In this document: one piece after another, positions 8,095 through 18,217 of the stretch
Layout of the letters: each line of letters opens with the position of its first letter
Numbering within the stretch: position 1 is the stretch's first letter
Source of the DNA: Candidatus Latescibacterota bacterium
Lineage (GTDB): Bacteria > Latescibacterota > UBA2968 > GCA-2709665
Reading direction: 5' to 3'
DNA: 64,000 bases
NCBI GenBank assembly: GCA_965226795.1
Contig: CBDDDZ010000002.1
Location: 256,001-320,000 of the forward strand
The notes under the pieces: generated by a model
What the model was told of the DNA's origin: nothing
Database searches by the model: none
The model's input: the letters and a program-made list of their open reading frames with translations, nothing else
Position numbers and translations under genes: made by a program

Positions 8095-9522
8095 TTATCC
8101 CATGTCTGCCTGGATGTCGGTGCCTTCCTTCTCCAGGTCGTCGTACCACCGGAGAAGCGTCGCCGGCTCGAGCAGTTTGGCCCGATTGTCCCGCTCTTCG
8201 TGGGACATACCCTTGAGGTCCTCGCTGTGGGAAACCTGTACGCGACACATCCCGTCGAAGAAGCGCCGATCGAAGTTCAGCTCGCGCCATGCAAGGTACA
8301 GCGCATACGGAAACGGCTCTGAGGAGACCCGACCCACCGGGCGGCTGTGTTCGTCAATTGTGAATTCCGGGTTGTACTCCCATCCGCCGTAGACCTCGCC
8401 GGAGTCGGACTGCTTATAGATGACGTTGTTCGTCGCCAGGATCAACCGCCGCCGGAGCGCGGGTGCGAACGGATGATCCCGCGGCAGCGCTTTGTGCAGC
8501 GATGCCAGGCCTTTAAGGATGATGAGCTGATACCCAACGTAAGAGTTGTGACCCGGATATCCGCCGTGGGGACACTGCGCAACAAAGATCGCTTCCTCGG
8601 TCCGCCGCACGGCGGATTCGAGGTAGGCCTCCTCACCCGTGGTCTCGAAGAGCGGACCCAGGAACCAGAGCGCGAACGCGTCGTAGTTGTTGTTGCCGGT
8701 GGCGGGGCAACGGACCGTCCAATCCGCAACCCGTCGAACCGCGCTCAGGCAACGTTCGTCCCCCAGCATTCGGTAGCCCTCGACAAGTGCCAACGCGGCC
8801 CATCCTGAGCTGTAGAAGCAGTCGCGGTCGTTCAGGACTCCCTCCCGGGTGTACCACCACCGGTAGGCGCCGTTCGGCTCCTGTTCATCGAGCAGATAGT
8901 GCAATCCGCCAACGGCCCGGTCCAGATACGTCTCCTCGCCGAACAACCGATACCCGGTGAGGTAGCCCAGGATGATGTTCGCCACGGACCGGTAGAGGGG
9001 ATGGAAACTGAGCTCCTGCGAATTGTAGCCCTTGCCCCAGGACCCGTCGGGGTTTCGGTCCTGTTCGCACATCCCGTGGCAGACCTGGAAGTAGTCCACA
9101 AGCTGTTCCCTGCGGACGGGCTCGAAGTCGTAGAGACAGGCGATCGTCCTGTCCCTGGGCAGAGCCGGAAAGCAACCCGGAGACTTGACCTCCACCGCCA
9201 CGACTTCGAAGTCGTCAGATACAACGCTGCGGATGTCTTCTCTGTCACCGAAAAGTGTTGCCGTTACCGAGTACCGTCCAGGCGGCGCACCATCCGGGAT
9301 CTCCCATTCGAACTCGAATTCCGCAGGGCCGGCCTCAATCGAAACGTCGTCCCTGCTTTCCAGGAAGTGCCTTGCCCCGACGGCGTCGTTTACTTCCAAC
9401 CGGGCCGACCCGCGCTGCGGCTGCCACCCTGAGGCGTGTACCCGGAGGGTCACTCGTTGGCCCGCGACAAGTCCGATGCTCTTGTCTACGATCTCCAGGA
9501 ACAGCGGCTTTCCAGAACGCAT
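8095..9522 (-). CDS. hypothetical protein, probable (alpha/alpha)-barrel six-hairpin glycosidase-like fold with Ig-like N-terminus
   Basis: Repeated 'Y..FGEETYLDRA', 'Y.MLGDERCL' and 'TGEEAYLESA' helical hairpin motifs, plus QxxDGSW; AAGGAGG RBS before ATG 9522. Confidence 0.6.
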   Translation of the reverse strand: MRSGKPLFLEIVDKSIGLVAGQRVTLRVHASGWQPQRGSARLEVNDAVGARHFLESRDDVSIEAGPAEFEFEWEIPDGAPPGRYSVTATLFGDREDIRSVVSDDFEVVAVEVKSPGCFPALPRDRTIACLYDFEPVRREQLVDYFQVCHGMCEQDRNPDGSWGKGYNSQELSFHPLYRSVANIILGYLTGYRLFGEETYLDRAVGGLHYLLDEQEPNGAYRWWYTREGVLNDRDCFYSSGWAALALVEGYRMLGDERCLSAVRRVADWTVRCPATGNNNYDAFALWFLGPLFETTGEEAYLESAVRRTEEAIFVAQCPHGGYPGHNSYVGYQLIILKGLASLHKALPRDHPFAPALRRRLILATNNVIYKQSDSGEVYGGWEYNPEFTIDEHSRPVGRVSSEPFPYALYLAWRELNFDRRFFDGMCRVQVSHSEDLKGMSHEERDNRAKLLEPATLLRWYDDLEKEGTDIQADMG

Positions 9523-9599
9523 AGGTTTCCTCCTTACGAAATGGCGACCCAACGCCGAATGCAATCATGAGAGCGCCCGCATGCTCACCAGGGATCGAA

Positions 9600-10460
9600 T
9601 CAGCCGTTGAGATTGCGGAAAAAGAAGCGCTGCGCCGTACCCCAAAGAATGGCGTCTTTCTCGGAGGGGCTGAGAAAATTCGCGTGGTCGCGGATCAGAT
9701 CCACGGCAGCCGGATAGTCGGTCATCGGGTCCTCCATCTCGATTGGCCCGCCGCTGTCGGACTCCCACATGCAGCGATGGGCGCCGTACGCTTCGACCAC
9801 CCGCTGGATCAGGGGCAGGACATCGAGGTAGGGGGCGCGGCGCGAGCACAGCGCCTGGAGCGGACCGATCTTGACCATCACCTTCTCATGCCTGGCAAAC
9901 CGGAGCAGCGCTTCCAGGTCTTTTTCGCTGTAGTCGGCTTCCCGGATGCCGACGTGGCACAGGTGATCGAGGATGACCGGCGTTTCCGGAAAGCGGCTGC
10001 ATAGCCGGTCCAGGTCGGGCAGCAGATCCACTTGCATGTTGAAGCTCAGGGCGAGTTCGTGCTCCGCACCGGCGGCGAACATCTTCTCGAATGCCGGGTG
10101 ATCCAATCCGGAGGGCGGCTCGCGAAAGGCGAAACACCCCTGCTGTGAGAGTTCGAGCATCGTGCTGTCGGGCTCGGGATCATCCAGACTGATCATGCCC
10201 GTGCCTGCAAACGTTTCGGGGTCGCCGGCGATGAGGTCGAGGATGTAGCTGTGATCGTACCAGTACCAGATCATCTGGACCAGGTTGATGCGCACGTTGC
10301 CGACCGTCCGGCAGTAGCTGAAGTACTCTTCCGGCGTGAAAGTGGGATGCCAGAGATCTTCTGCTTTGACGCTGGGGGCCAGGGGATAACGCGCGAAGTC
10401 GTCCGTCCAGACGTGGATGTGGGCGTCGACGATCCGGTGCGAGGATGCCTGTTCTGACAT
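9600..10460 (-). CDS. amidohydrolase_2 family protein (sugar lactonase-like)
   Basis: VDAHIHVW, ILDHL, RCMWESD and ILWGTAQRFF motifs. Confidence 0.88.
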   Translation of the reverse strand: MSEQASSHRIVDAHIHVWTDDFARYPLAPSVKAEDLWHPTFTPEEYFSYCRTVGNVRINLVQMIWYWYDHSYILDLIAGDPETFAGTGMISLDDPEPDSTMLELSQQGCFAFREPPSGLDHPAFEKMFAAGAEHELALSFNMQVDLLPDLDRLCSRFPETPVILDHLCHVGIREADYSEKDLEALLRFARHEKVMVKIGPLQALCSRRAPYLDVLPLIQRVVEAYGAHRCMWESDSGGPIEMEDPMTDYPAAVDLIRDHANFLSPSEKDAILWGTAQRFFFRNLNG

Positions 10461-10605
10461 GGAAACTCTCCGCTCAAGGATCTCGTTGAGTCACGCGGTT
10501 TCGACGACCCCGGTCGACCCTTTCCGCCTGTTTTGCGTCTTCCGGCAGGATTGGCTATATTAATTCGACCCTGCAGCTCCTCAATCCTGTCGCCCGGAAT
10601 CCGAC

Positions 10606-11364
10606 ATGGCAAGAGAACAATACGACGGCGTCTGGCAACCCCATATGCTCGACCGGTTTCCGATGAATCCCAACGTGATGGTAAGCGATCTGGACCGGGA
10701 ACGACTGGACCTTATTCTTGCGTACGTGGCGGAAACCGGCCACAGCGAAGCCCTTTCCGACTGTGTCGCGCAGATTGTGGAACGTCACCCGAGATATCTG
10801 CGTGTGAAAGAATTGTTTGAAACCTTCGAAGCATACAAACGCATTGGACAGGCCATCTACGAACAGTGGCGTGCGGGCAACGTCGAGACGATTTTCGACC
10901 TGGCCTGCGGCCACGGCCTGCTGGGCATCCTGCTGGCCTGGCGGTTTCGCGGACTCCGCGTGGTCTGCGTGGACCTGGAACGGCGGCCGGCCTTCGATCA
11001 CTACCTGGAAATCGTGCACGAACAGGCCGTGCCTATGGAGAACATCGCGTACATTGAGAGCGACTTCAACAATGTGGAACTGAGCCCTCGTTCCTACGTC
11101 ATCTGCATTCACGCATGCAACGAAGGCACCCGGGATGCCCTGGAGATGGCTGGCGCGGCGAACGCGTGTTTCGCCGCCATGCCCTGCTGCATCCGGGACC
11201 GCATCTACCTGCGCCGCATCAACCATCTTGACGACTACGCGCGATACACGGCTGCGGTGGGTGTCATTGCCGGCCGGTACGGGGCCTACAAGATCACGGC
11301 GATCGACCAGCGTATCACCAACCGCAATCTCATTGTCCTTGGCGCGCCCGCGACAGCATCCTGA
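10606..11364 (+). CDS. SAM-dependent methyltransferase
   Basis: FDLACGHGLLG motif I, IHAC and AMPCC motifs. Confidence 0.82.
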   Translation: MAREQYDGVWQPHMLDRFPMNPNVMVSDLDRERLDLILAYVAETGHSEALSDCVAQIVERHPRYLRVKELFETFEAYKRIGQAIYEQWRAGNVETIFDLACGHGLLGILLAWRFRGLRVVCVDLERRPAFDHYLEIVHEQAVPMENIAYIESDFNNVELSPRSYVICIHACNEGTRDALEMAGAANACFAAMPCCIRDRIYLRRINHLDDYARYTAAVGVIAGRYGAYKITAIDQRITNRNLIVLGAPATAS

Positions 11365-11430
11365 TTCCCCAACCGGGAAGCCGCCCCGCGGGCCCTCGGC
11401 GACGTATCGATTTCACGCGAACGCGATCCG

Positions 11431-12435
11431 TTACCACCGATAGTCGGGTTCTCCTGCTTCGGAGGCTGCGGCCGATGCCATCATGGTCTCCAGGTCTCCC
11501 TTTGGCCGGTAGCCGATCAGCGATTTCGCTTTCGTGATGTCGTGATCGTACATCCAGCGCACCGGAACCGTCACCTCCAGGGGTTCCCGCCCGGTGATTT
11601 TCTCCAGTAGCCGGGCGCCCTTCGGGAAGGTAAAGGGGGCCGGGGCTCCGCCGTTGAACGACTCTCCAACCGCATCCGGAGACCGCAGAGCGCACACCAT
11701 GCAATGCGCGATATCCCGCGCGTCATTCGGCTGGTAGTACCACGGGCGCCCGGATTCGTCCCGGACGGCGCACGGCTGGTCAGGACTGTCCGCGCGCGCC
11801 TCGATGTCGTGCCACAGTTCGGTTCCGTCGGCCATGTACATTTCCGTACCGGGCCCGACCTGTCCCGCCTTCAGTATCGTGCATACCCGTCCAACCGTGA
11901 ATTGATCGAGAATCGTCCGGCCCGAAAGCACGTGGCTGGGCCGTACGATGGAAATGCGAAGCCCCGTCTCCCTGGACGCCCGCTCGGCCATCAGCTCACC
12001 AATGTACTTGGATAGGGAATACTCGTTGTCGGGCCGCTTCGGATGCAACTCGTCCACGGGATGGTATGCGCAGGCGATGTTCTCGCCGTTATTCGGAAAA
12101 ACACCGGACGAACTTACGTAGACGTACCTTTCCAGACTGTCCGCGAATAGCCCGCACGCACGGGACACCTGCAGATTCGTCTGCGTGTTGTTCTCGAAAT
12201 AAGGTCCTACCAGGTTGGCCGTGTGGATCACGGCATCCGTCCCCGATACCAAGCGTTTCACAAAATCCCCGTCCGTCAAATCCCCGTCCACAAGTTCCAT
12301 GTCCAGGCCTTCCAGCCGGTTGAGACATGGATCGTCCGGCAGTACGGAACCCCGAACTTCGAGGTTCAGGTCCAGAAGCTGCCGTACCAGCCGGCACCCG
12401 ACCTGTCCTGCCGCGCCAGTAACCAGAACTTTCAT
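11431..12435 (-). CDS. NAD-dependent epimerase/dehydratase (extended SDR)
   Basis: MKVLVTGAAGQVG, YVSS and YSLSK (YxxxK) motifs. Confidence 0.9.
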   Translation of the reverse strand: MKVLVTGAAGQVGCRLVRQLLDLNLEVRGSVLPDDPCLNRLEGLDMELVDGDLTDGDFVKRLVSGTDAVIHTANLVGPYFENNTQTNLQVSRACGLFADSLERYVYVSSSGVFPNNGENIACAYHPVDELHPKRPDNEYSLSKYIGELMAERASRETGLRISIVRPSHVLSGRTILDQFTVGRVCTILKAGQVGPGTEMYMADGTELWHDIEARADSPDQPCAVRDESGRPWYYQPNDARDIAHCMVCALRSPDAVGESFNGGAPAPFTFPKGARLLEKITGREPLEVTVPVRWMYDHDITKAKSLIGYRPKGDLETMMASAAASEAGEPDYRW

Positions 12436-12791
12436 GGAAAACCTCCTGATCGTGCAAAGACGCTTCCACGTCACCTGTATCGATGCCGGCGCGGTGTACG
12501 CGGCTTTCGTCTTTGATGGAAACCGACGGCGTACCTGGTCTGATATGCCGGGAGGCAGACACCGCCTCTATAGTATTTCCAGATGGTAGAGCGAGGGCAA
12601 TATATCCCTCGCGGCTAGGCATTGCAACACCGACACCGACCCTCAGGAATTCTACTACGACCTATATAACAAGGTCTATAGAGAAATCACCAACAAAAAG
12701 GAGCGCCAGGGGAATAGGGATCATGGTTACGAATGCAGCCGGGACCTGTCGAAACGCGCATGTCGAAATGTGCGTTTCGGTAGCCGTGAGA

Positions 12792-13100
12792 TAGAAATCC
12801 CACCACCCCCGAACGTCCCCTATTCCCTTGCCCTTTTTCTTGTATCGCCCAAGAAAAAGGGCGAAAAAGAAGGGCGCCGCTCGGCGCGGGGCCGGTTTTT
12901 CCACGAATCTCGTCAGCGGCGTAGACAAGCAATTGTGCCCTACGTACGAATCCGGCCCCACGATGCTTCAATGCTGGACGGAACAGCGTGGAAAAACCCC
13001 CATCTCCGCCACCGGGCGGGCGAAGGATGCAACACGAGGAGCCGCGAACAACCGCGTGCGGCGTATGAATTCGTAGGGGCAGCCCTTGTGGCTGCCCACG
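12792..13100 (+). mobile_element. modular structured non-coding element, copy B (L arm without 33-bp insert + GTAG REP; no R arm)
   Basis: GCCCTTTTTCTTGTATCGCCCAAGAAAAAGGGC hairpin 12830-12862; GGTTTTTCCACG...CGTGGAAAAACC stem; REP 13073-13097. Confidence 0.75.
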
Positions 13101-13148
13101 TGGCGGCGCGGGAGGTGGAATGGTCGTCCTTATTGGCATATAGAAAGC

Positions 13149-13312
13149 GACGAGACCTACCCCCTATCCCCCGTCCTGAAGGAAGGGGAAAACTGTCATG
13201 GGTTGAAGACTTATCGATCGATGAAAAACCGACAGGGAACAGAGTGCGACGGGCCATCCCCCGGTTTTCCTCCCACTTTCCTTTAGGAGAGGGGGCCGGG
13301 GGGAGAGGTCCC
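13149..13312 (+). repeat. MITE-like module P, copy 1 (GACGAGACCTACCCCCTATCCCC ... GGAGAGGGGGCCGGGGGGAGAGGTCCC)
   Basis: Both ends match 27103-27361 on the opposite strand; imperfect terminal inverted repeats. Confidence 0.7.
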
Positions 13313-13503
13313 AGGACCCACGTGGTGTCGATGAGGTAGCGGTAGGCATTCGAGCGCCAGAAATCCCGCGGATCGGCGCCGAGCCTGGTGAGATACAGCT
13401 CGATCCTCCCGGTCCCGACGTAGTTCTGATCGCGGCTTACGCACTTCGCGGGGCCCGGCGACGCTTCGCAGAGCTCACGAGTGACTACGATCGCACGTTC
13501 CAT
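13313..13503 (-). pseudogene. possible gene fragment truncated at module P
   Basis: About 62 codons of protein-like, GC3-rich sequence (MERAIVVTRELCEA...FWRSNAYRYLIDTTWV) that runs straight into the repeat. Confidence 0.3.
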
Positions 13504-13660
13504 CGCGCGCCTTTCGTTCTATTGGAAACCGATCGCTCGATTCGTTAAATTGAATAGATTTCACACGTACGCTCTACCGTGGGTCAGAATCGTAGAGCGA
13601 TTCCAATATATCCCATGTCCGTCGGCATCGCAATCCCATGCCGTCTTAGGAGCACAGCAC

Positions 13661-14728
13661 ATGACGACCGCAACCCGCTTTCGCCCTGCCCACATCCACT
13701 CCGCCTCCCGAAATCTGTTTTCGGCTGCCGGCGTCCCCCGCCACGTCGCAGAGACAGTCTCCGAAATACTGGTGAGTGCGAATCTCGCCGGCCACGACTC
13801 TCACGGCGTACTTCGGATCCCGACCTACCTGGATGGCATTGCGAACGGCTCCATCGTTCCGGCCGCCGAACCCGAGGTCGTCCGGCAGCACACGAATACA
13901 CTGATTATCGACGGCCACCAGGGGATGGGCATCTACACCGCACGCAAAGCCATCGATCTGGCAATTGAAAAAACCGGCGAGACCGGAATCTGCTGCATCA
14001 GTTTCAGGCGCGTCGGCCACATCGGCCGGCTCGGCGAATACGCGGAGACCGCCGCCCGGGAGGGATGCATCGCCATCATCACGGTCGGCGTCGGCACCGT
14101 CGACGCGGTCGTCCCGTACGGGGCGGCCGGGGGCCGCCTGGGCACGAATCCGATCGCCATCGGCGTTCCCACCGGTGACCAGGCCCCGTTCGTGCTGGAC
14201 ATCGCCACAAGCGTCGTGGCCGAAGGAAAACTTCAGGTTGCGCGCGCCGAGAAATCGCGGCTGCCGGAAGGATATATCCTGGACCGGCACGGGAAACCCA
14301 GCACCGACCCGGTGGACTTCTACGACGGTGGTTACCTCCTGCCGTTCGGTGCGCACAAGGGATCGGGTCTTTCGCTGCTTACCTGTCTGTTGAGCGGCCT
14401 TTCGGGCGTTTCCGAGGTGGAAGAGGGGACGCTCGCCGGTGCCTTCATGCAGGTGATGCGCGTGGATGCCTTTACCCCCCTCGGGCCGTACCAGCGGGGA
14501 GTACGCGCCTTCCTGGACTCAATCAAGGCCATGCCACCCGCCGCCGGCTTCGACGAGGTGCTCGTACCCGGCGATTTCGAATACCGCACACGCGCGAAAC
14601 GTCTGATCGAGGGGGTTGACGTGCCGGGCCCCATAATGGAGAGGATACGCGACTGGGCCGACAGGTTGAACGTGTCCCTTTCGGAAGACGCTGTCGAACC
14701 GGCCGATGAGGAAAGGTATCAGGCGTAG
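13661..14728 (+). CDS. Ldh_2 family oxidoreductase
   Basis: NLAGHDSHG, GHIGRLG, GTNPIA, LDIATS and PFGAHKG motifs; AGGAG RBS before ATG 13661. Confidence 0.93.
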   Translation: MTTATRFRPAHIHSASRNLFSAAGVPRHVAETVSEILVSANLAGHDSHGVLRIPTYLDGIANGSIVPAAEPEVVRQHTNTLIIDGHQGMGIYTARKAIDLAIEKTGETGICCISFRRVGHIGRLGEYAETAAREGCIAIITVGVGTVDAVVPYGAAGGRLGTNPIAIGVPTGDQAPFVLDIATSVVAEGKLQVARAEKSRLPEGYILDRHGKPSTDPVDFYDGGYLLPFGAHKGSGLSLLTCLLSGLSGVSEVEEGTLAGAFMQVMRVDAFTPLGPYQRGVRAFLDSIKAMPPAAGFDEVLVPGDFEYRTRAKRLIEGVDVPGPIMERIRDWADRLNVSLSEDAVEPADEERYQA

Positions 14729-14764
14729 GGGCGACGCATGCGGAGGAAGGGGAAAGGCAAGACA

Positions 14765-15340
14765 GGTTGCGTTCCGGGCCTGTAAGGTCATTTCCCTTTC
14801 TCTCTTTATCCTGTCCTTCTTTGTTCTTCGTCCTTTTTCTTGTACGCCCAAGAAAAAGGACGAAAAAGAACGGCGCCGCTCGGCGCGGAGCCGGTTTTTC
14901 GGCGAATTACCCCTGTGACGGGTACGTACACTCTTGCCCTGCGAACGCGTAAGCACCCGCCGGGCAACGGCGCTAAACGGAATGGCGCGGAAAAACCCCC
15001 CACACCACAACCGTTCGCACGAGGGATAAAGCGTAGGAGCGCGGCGAACCCGTCTACAACAAGAGCTGCAAGTTTTTCCGTACAATGATGATGCTGGACG
15101 TTAAAGCGCGGAGAATCCAGCTCCACCCGCGGAGCGGGTGACCGGTTGTTCCGGGGATTATGCGGGACAGCAGGGGACGCCTGTTTCTGGCGTTCGATGT
15201 TGATGGTGAGCGGCGCGATTTTTGCCGCGAACAAACCCCCCGCACCGCTTACCGCTGATTGGTTCCTTTTGGTCGCTTCAAAAGGAACCCGCCGGAGGCA
15301 GGGAATTTGGGGAGATGTGGATGTTGAATTTGCTTTTCCG
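14765..15340 (+). mobile_element. modular structured non-coding element, copy C (L arm without insert + M1 + truncated R arm)
   Basis: L hairpin 14830-14861; M1 aligns with copy A; R hairpin 15261-15289; M2 and most of the R arm are absent. Confidence 0.75.
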
Positions 15341-15510
15341 CTTATTCTTCCGCTCCCGCGCCGAAGGCAAAAAACCAAATGGATAAAGGGGAATGATGGG
15401 TCGCGCTCCGGGCGCGCGCGGGGCGAGGCCATGTGCTGGGCGCAAGAAGACGGGGGCTAGATTCCTCGCCCCCGTCCGTTACCAGATTCTCGTCTGTCTC
15501 TGCGGCGTTC

Positions 15511-16104
15511 CTAAACGTGGGGACCGCGTTCCCTTATGATCCGCAGCGCCAGTTCCGGATCGATCTGCACAATCATCTCCGGTTCGACTTTGCAATGGCC
15601 GGGCAGGTCGAACCCCGCCACCGCGCTCCGGGCGTGCCACCCCGATAGCGACGCGTCCATCCCACTTTCCGCAAACTGCGATCCCGGCCCTCCGAACACG
15701 TCGTGAAAAACCGTGCTATACCCGTCTACGACCTGGGGCGACTTGGAGAATGATCCGCCGCCGGCGGAATTCACCATCCCGATACATTTCACGCAATACC
15801 ACACGTCGTTAAGCGTACCGAACGGGTCCAGCGCCCAATGCAGCGTCACGACGTGGGAAATGCCCGCCTCCCTGCCCGCCTCGTAACCGGCTTCCACGTC
15901 CGCGTCGTCGTTGGTGACCGCCCCGACGCCGCCTCCCGTGCCCGATGTAAACACCAGCCCGGACGGTGTAAACGTGGCCATGCAAATCCGCCTTCCCTGG
16001 GGCGCCGGACACGCATCCTCCCTGGACCCCAGATCGATCCCCAGCGCCTCCAACCGGTCGTACACGTCGAAATCCCGTTGCCATGAATTGTGCAGATCTG
16101 CCAT
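15511..16104 (-). CDS. RidA/YjgF-like family protein (divergent)
   Basis: RLEALGIDL, LVFTSG, VKCIGMVNS and HARSAV motifs resemble the YjgF-like subfamily. Confidence 0.72.
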   Translation of the reverse strand: MADLHNSWQRDFDVYDRLEALGIDLGSREDACPAPQGRRICMATFTPSGLVFTSGTGGGVGAVTNDDADVEAGYEAGREAGISHVVTLHWALDPFGTLNDVWYCVKCIGMVNSAGGGSFSKSPQVVDGYSTVFHDVFGGPGSQFAESGMDASLSGWHARSAVAGFDLPGHCKVEPEMIVQIDPELALRIIRERGPHV

Positions 16105-16252
16105 GTGGTCTCCTCCGTATGGGTTAGTGTTTCTCAAGAATGTCCATTCAAAATAAGGCCTTCATCCACAATGTCAAGCCCCTATGACGACACGGCTTCA
16201 CGGTTCTCGTCTGAAAGAAAAGCTGCCGATTCGGGCGTTTTCCGCGGTTCCA

Positions 16253-17323
16253 CTACCAGATCGTGGCGGCGATATACCGCTCGCCGTCGGGTTCGTCGTC
16301 ATAGTAGTACGCCGAAACGACCCTGCCGTCCGGCCGCTGCACCGCCCGCGGATAACCGACGTCGTGGTCCCCGCCGTCGTCCCGAAGGATTAAGGGGGTG
16401 CTCCATGTTGCGCCTTCGTCTTCGCTCAACACCGCGCGCAGCCCCGAGGGCGCATCCCGGTATCCGTATACCAGACACAGGCGCCCGTCGGCAAGCAGCA
16501 TCATCGCGGGCGGGTTGCCGCCGGTCCCGGTTTCCGCCACCGGCTGGTTCATAAAGCGCCAGTTCGCCGCGTTGTCGTCCGAACAGTAAAGGTCGATCCA
16601 ATTCCCGTCCCTGCTCTCGCGGCCTCCGCGGCATCGCACGGCCACCAGGATGCGTCCCCCTGAAAGCCTAACGCTGGCCGGCATGATGGCAAAACCTTCC
16701 GGTTCGTCTCCGATCCACGAAACGAACTCGAACGTCCTGCCGCTGTCCTCGGTTCCGGCGCAAAACACCCTCCCCTCGCGCCCGTTGGACTTGGCCGACG
16801 TCAGGAATAACGTGCAGGTATCCTTGCCTTCCACCAGATAATCCGTCCGCGCCGCGATGCCGGACAGTCCGAACATGGGCAGACCGAACGGTCCATCCCA
16901 GGACCGACACCGGTCCGTCGACGTGTAAAACCACGACCGCGCGCCCGCCGCGAGTCCCGTCCGCGCGCACATCAGGGCGAAATCCGGATGGCTGAAATCG
17001 ATCCGGTCGGGGTGTCCCTGTGGCAGCGCAACCGCCTCTTCTATTTCCAGGGAACGGTTCATATGTTCGTTCGCGGATACGCCCTTGTTTCCGGGAGTCG
17101 ATATCGGCATCGGTTCAACCGTCCAGGTCCGGCCTCCGTCGAGACTGCGTGCCTGCATGGTTTCGAACGGCCGGTCCCGGTCCCGCCGGTGAAATCCGCC
17201 GTCCGACCTGTGATACCCCAGCGTGAACCCCACCACGATCTCGTCTCCCCAGGACCAGATCCCATAGTTTGCCGGCCATCCGGCGTACCGCCCCTTTTCC
17301 CTGTAGATAACGACGTGTTCCAT
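16253..17323 (-). CDS. BNR/Asp-box repeat sialidase-family protein
   Basis: Asp-boxes SLDGGRTW, STDRCRSW, SDDNAANW and SEDEGATW; DVGYP motif. Confidence 0.85.
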   Translation of the reverse strand: MEHVVIYREKGRYAGWPANYGIWSWGDEIVVGFTLGYHRSDGGFHRRDRDRPFETMQARSLDGGRTWTVEPMPISTPGNKGVSANEHMNRSLEIEEAVALPQGHPDRIDFSHPDFALMCARTGLAAGARSWFYTSTDRCRSWDGPFGLPMFGLSGIAARTDYLVEGKDTCTLFLTSAKSNGREGRVFCAGTEDSGRTFEFVSWIGDEPEGFAIMPASVRLSGGRILVAVRCRGGRESRDGNWIDLYCSDDNAANWRFMNQPVAETGTGGNPPAMMLLADGRLCLVYGYRDAPSGLRAVLSEDEGATWSTPLILRDDGGDHDVGYPRAVQRPDGRVVSAYYYDDEPDGERYIAATIW

Positions 17324-17556
17324 GCCTTGCCCCCATTGCGTTTGTTATGTGCTCAACCCCAGACGGATTGGGCCGCGTCGGATCAGACTTCCCCTACGGC
17401 GGTAACCGGCATCCGACTTAGCGGAATAACGTGACTACCGGGCCGGGCAAATCCGCCTTGTGCATCGCGCACGGCGGCGTTATTCTATACCGGTCGCGGG
17501 ATTTCCATTCCAACGCACGCCGCGTCCGGACCCGATTAAAGAGAAAGGACTCCTCG

Positions 17557-18201
17557 ATGAACACACTGCAACTCGCGGCGCCTTCCAATGCCTTTGTCCT
17601 GTTCAATGGCAGGGACCTCAGTAACTGGACCGCCCTGGACGGCGGCGAACCCGGCTGGACCGTGGAAGACGGTATCCTCCAGGTCGTGCCCCGGGCCGGG
17701 GATATCGTGAATACCGAACGCCTGACCGATTTCTATCTCCACCTGGAGTTCCGATGCCCGGACATGCCCGACGCCACGGGCCAGGCCAAGGGCAACAGCG
17801 GGGTTTTCCTACAAGGCATCTATGAGATCCAGGTTCTGGATTCATTCGGGGTGAGCATTCCCGGCACCGGAGACTGCGGCGCCCTCTACGATCAGTCGTC
17901 CCCCCTCGTCAACGCCTGCAAGCCCGCAATGGAATGGCAGACGTATGACATCTTCTTCCGTGCGCCGCGCATGAACGACGCCGGGGAAGTCAGCGAGCAA
18001 GCCCGCGCCACGGTACTTCAAAACGGCATCGTCATTCACAACAATGTCGGGATTTCAGGCCCCACCGGTTCCGCTTCCAGTATGGCGGTGGAAACCTCCG
18101 GCCCCCTGCGCCTGCAGGACCACAAGGATCGAGTAGCCTATCGGAACATCTGGGCCGTACCGCTTCCACTTAAGGGATCCGGAACCTACGAACCGCGGTA
18201 G
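17557..18201 (+). CDS. DUF1080 / 3-keto-disaccharide hydrolase family protein
   Basis: LFNGRDLSNW, GNSGVFL, YEIQVLD, GALY and LQDH..VAYRNIW motifs. Confidence 0.9.
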   Translation: MNTLQLAAPSNAFVLFNGRDLSNWTALDGGEPGWTVEDGILQVVPRAGDIVNTERLTDFYLHLEFRCPDMPDATGQAKGNSGVFLQGIYEIQVLDSFGVSIPGTGDCGALYDQSSPLVNACKPAMEWQTYDIFFRAPRMNDAGEVSEQARATVLQNGIVIHNNVGISGPTGSASSMAVETSGPLRLQDHKDRVAYRNIWAVPLPLKGSGTYEPR

Positions 18202-18217
18202 CATCGAAACATCGGGA

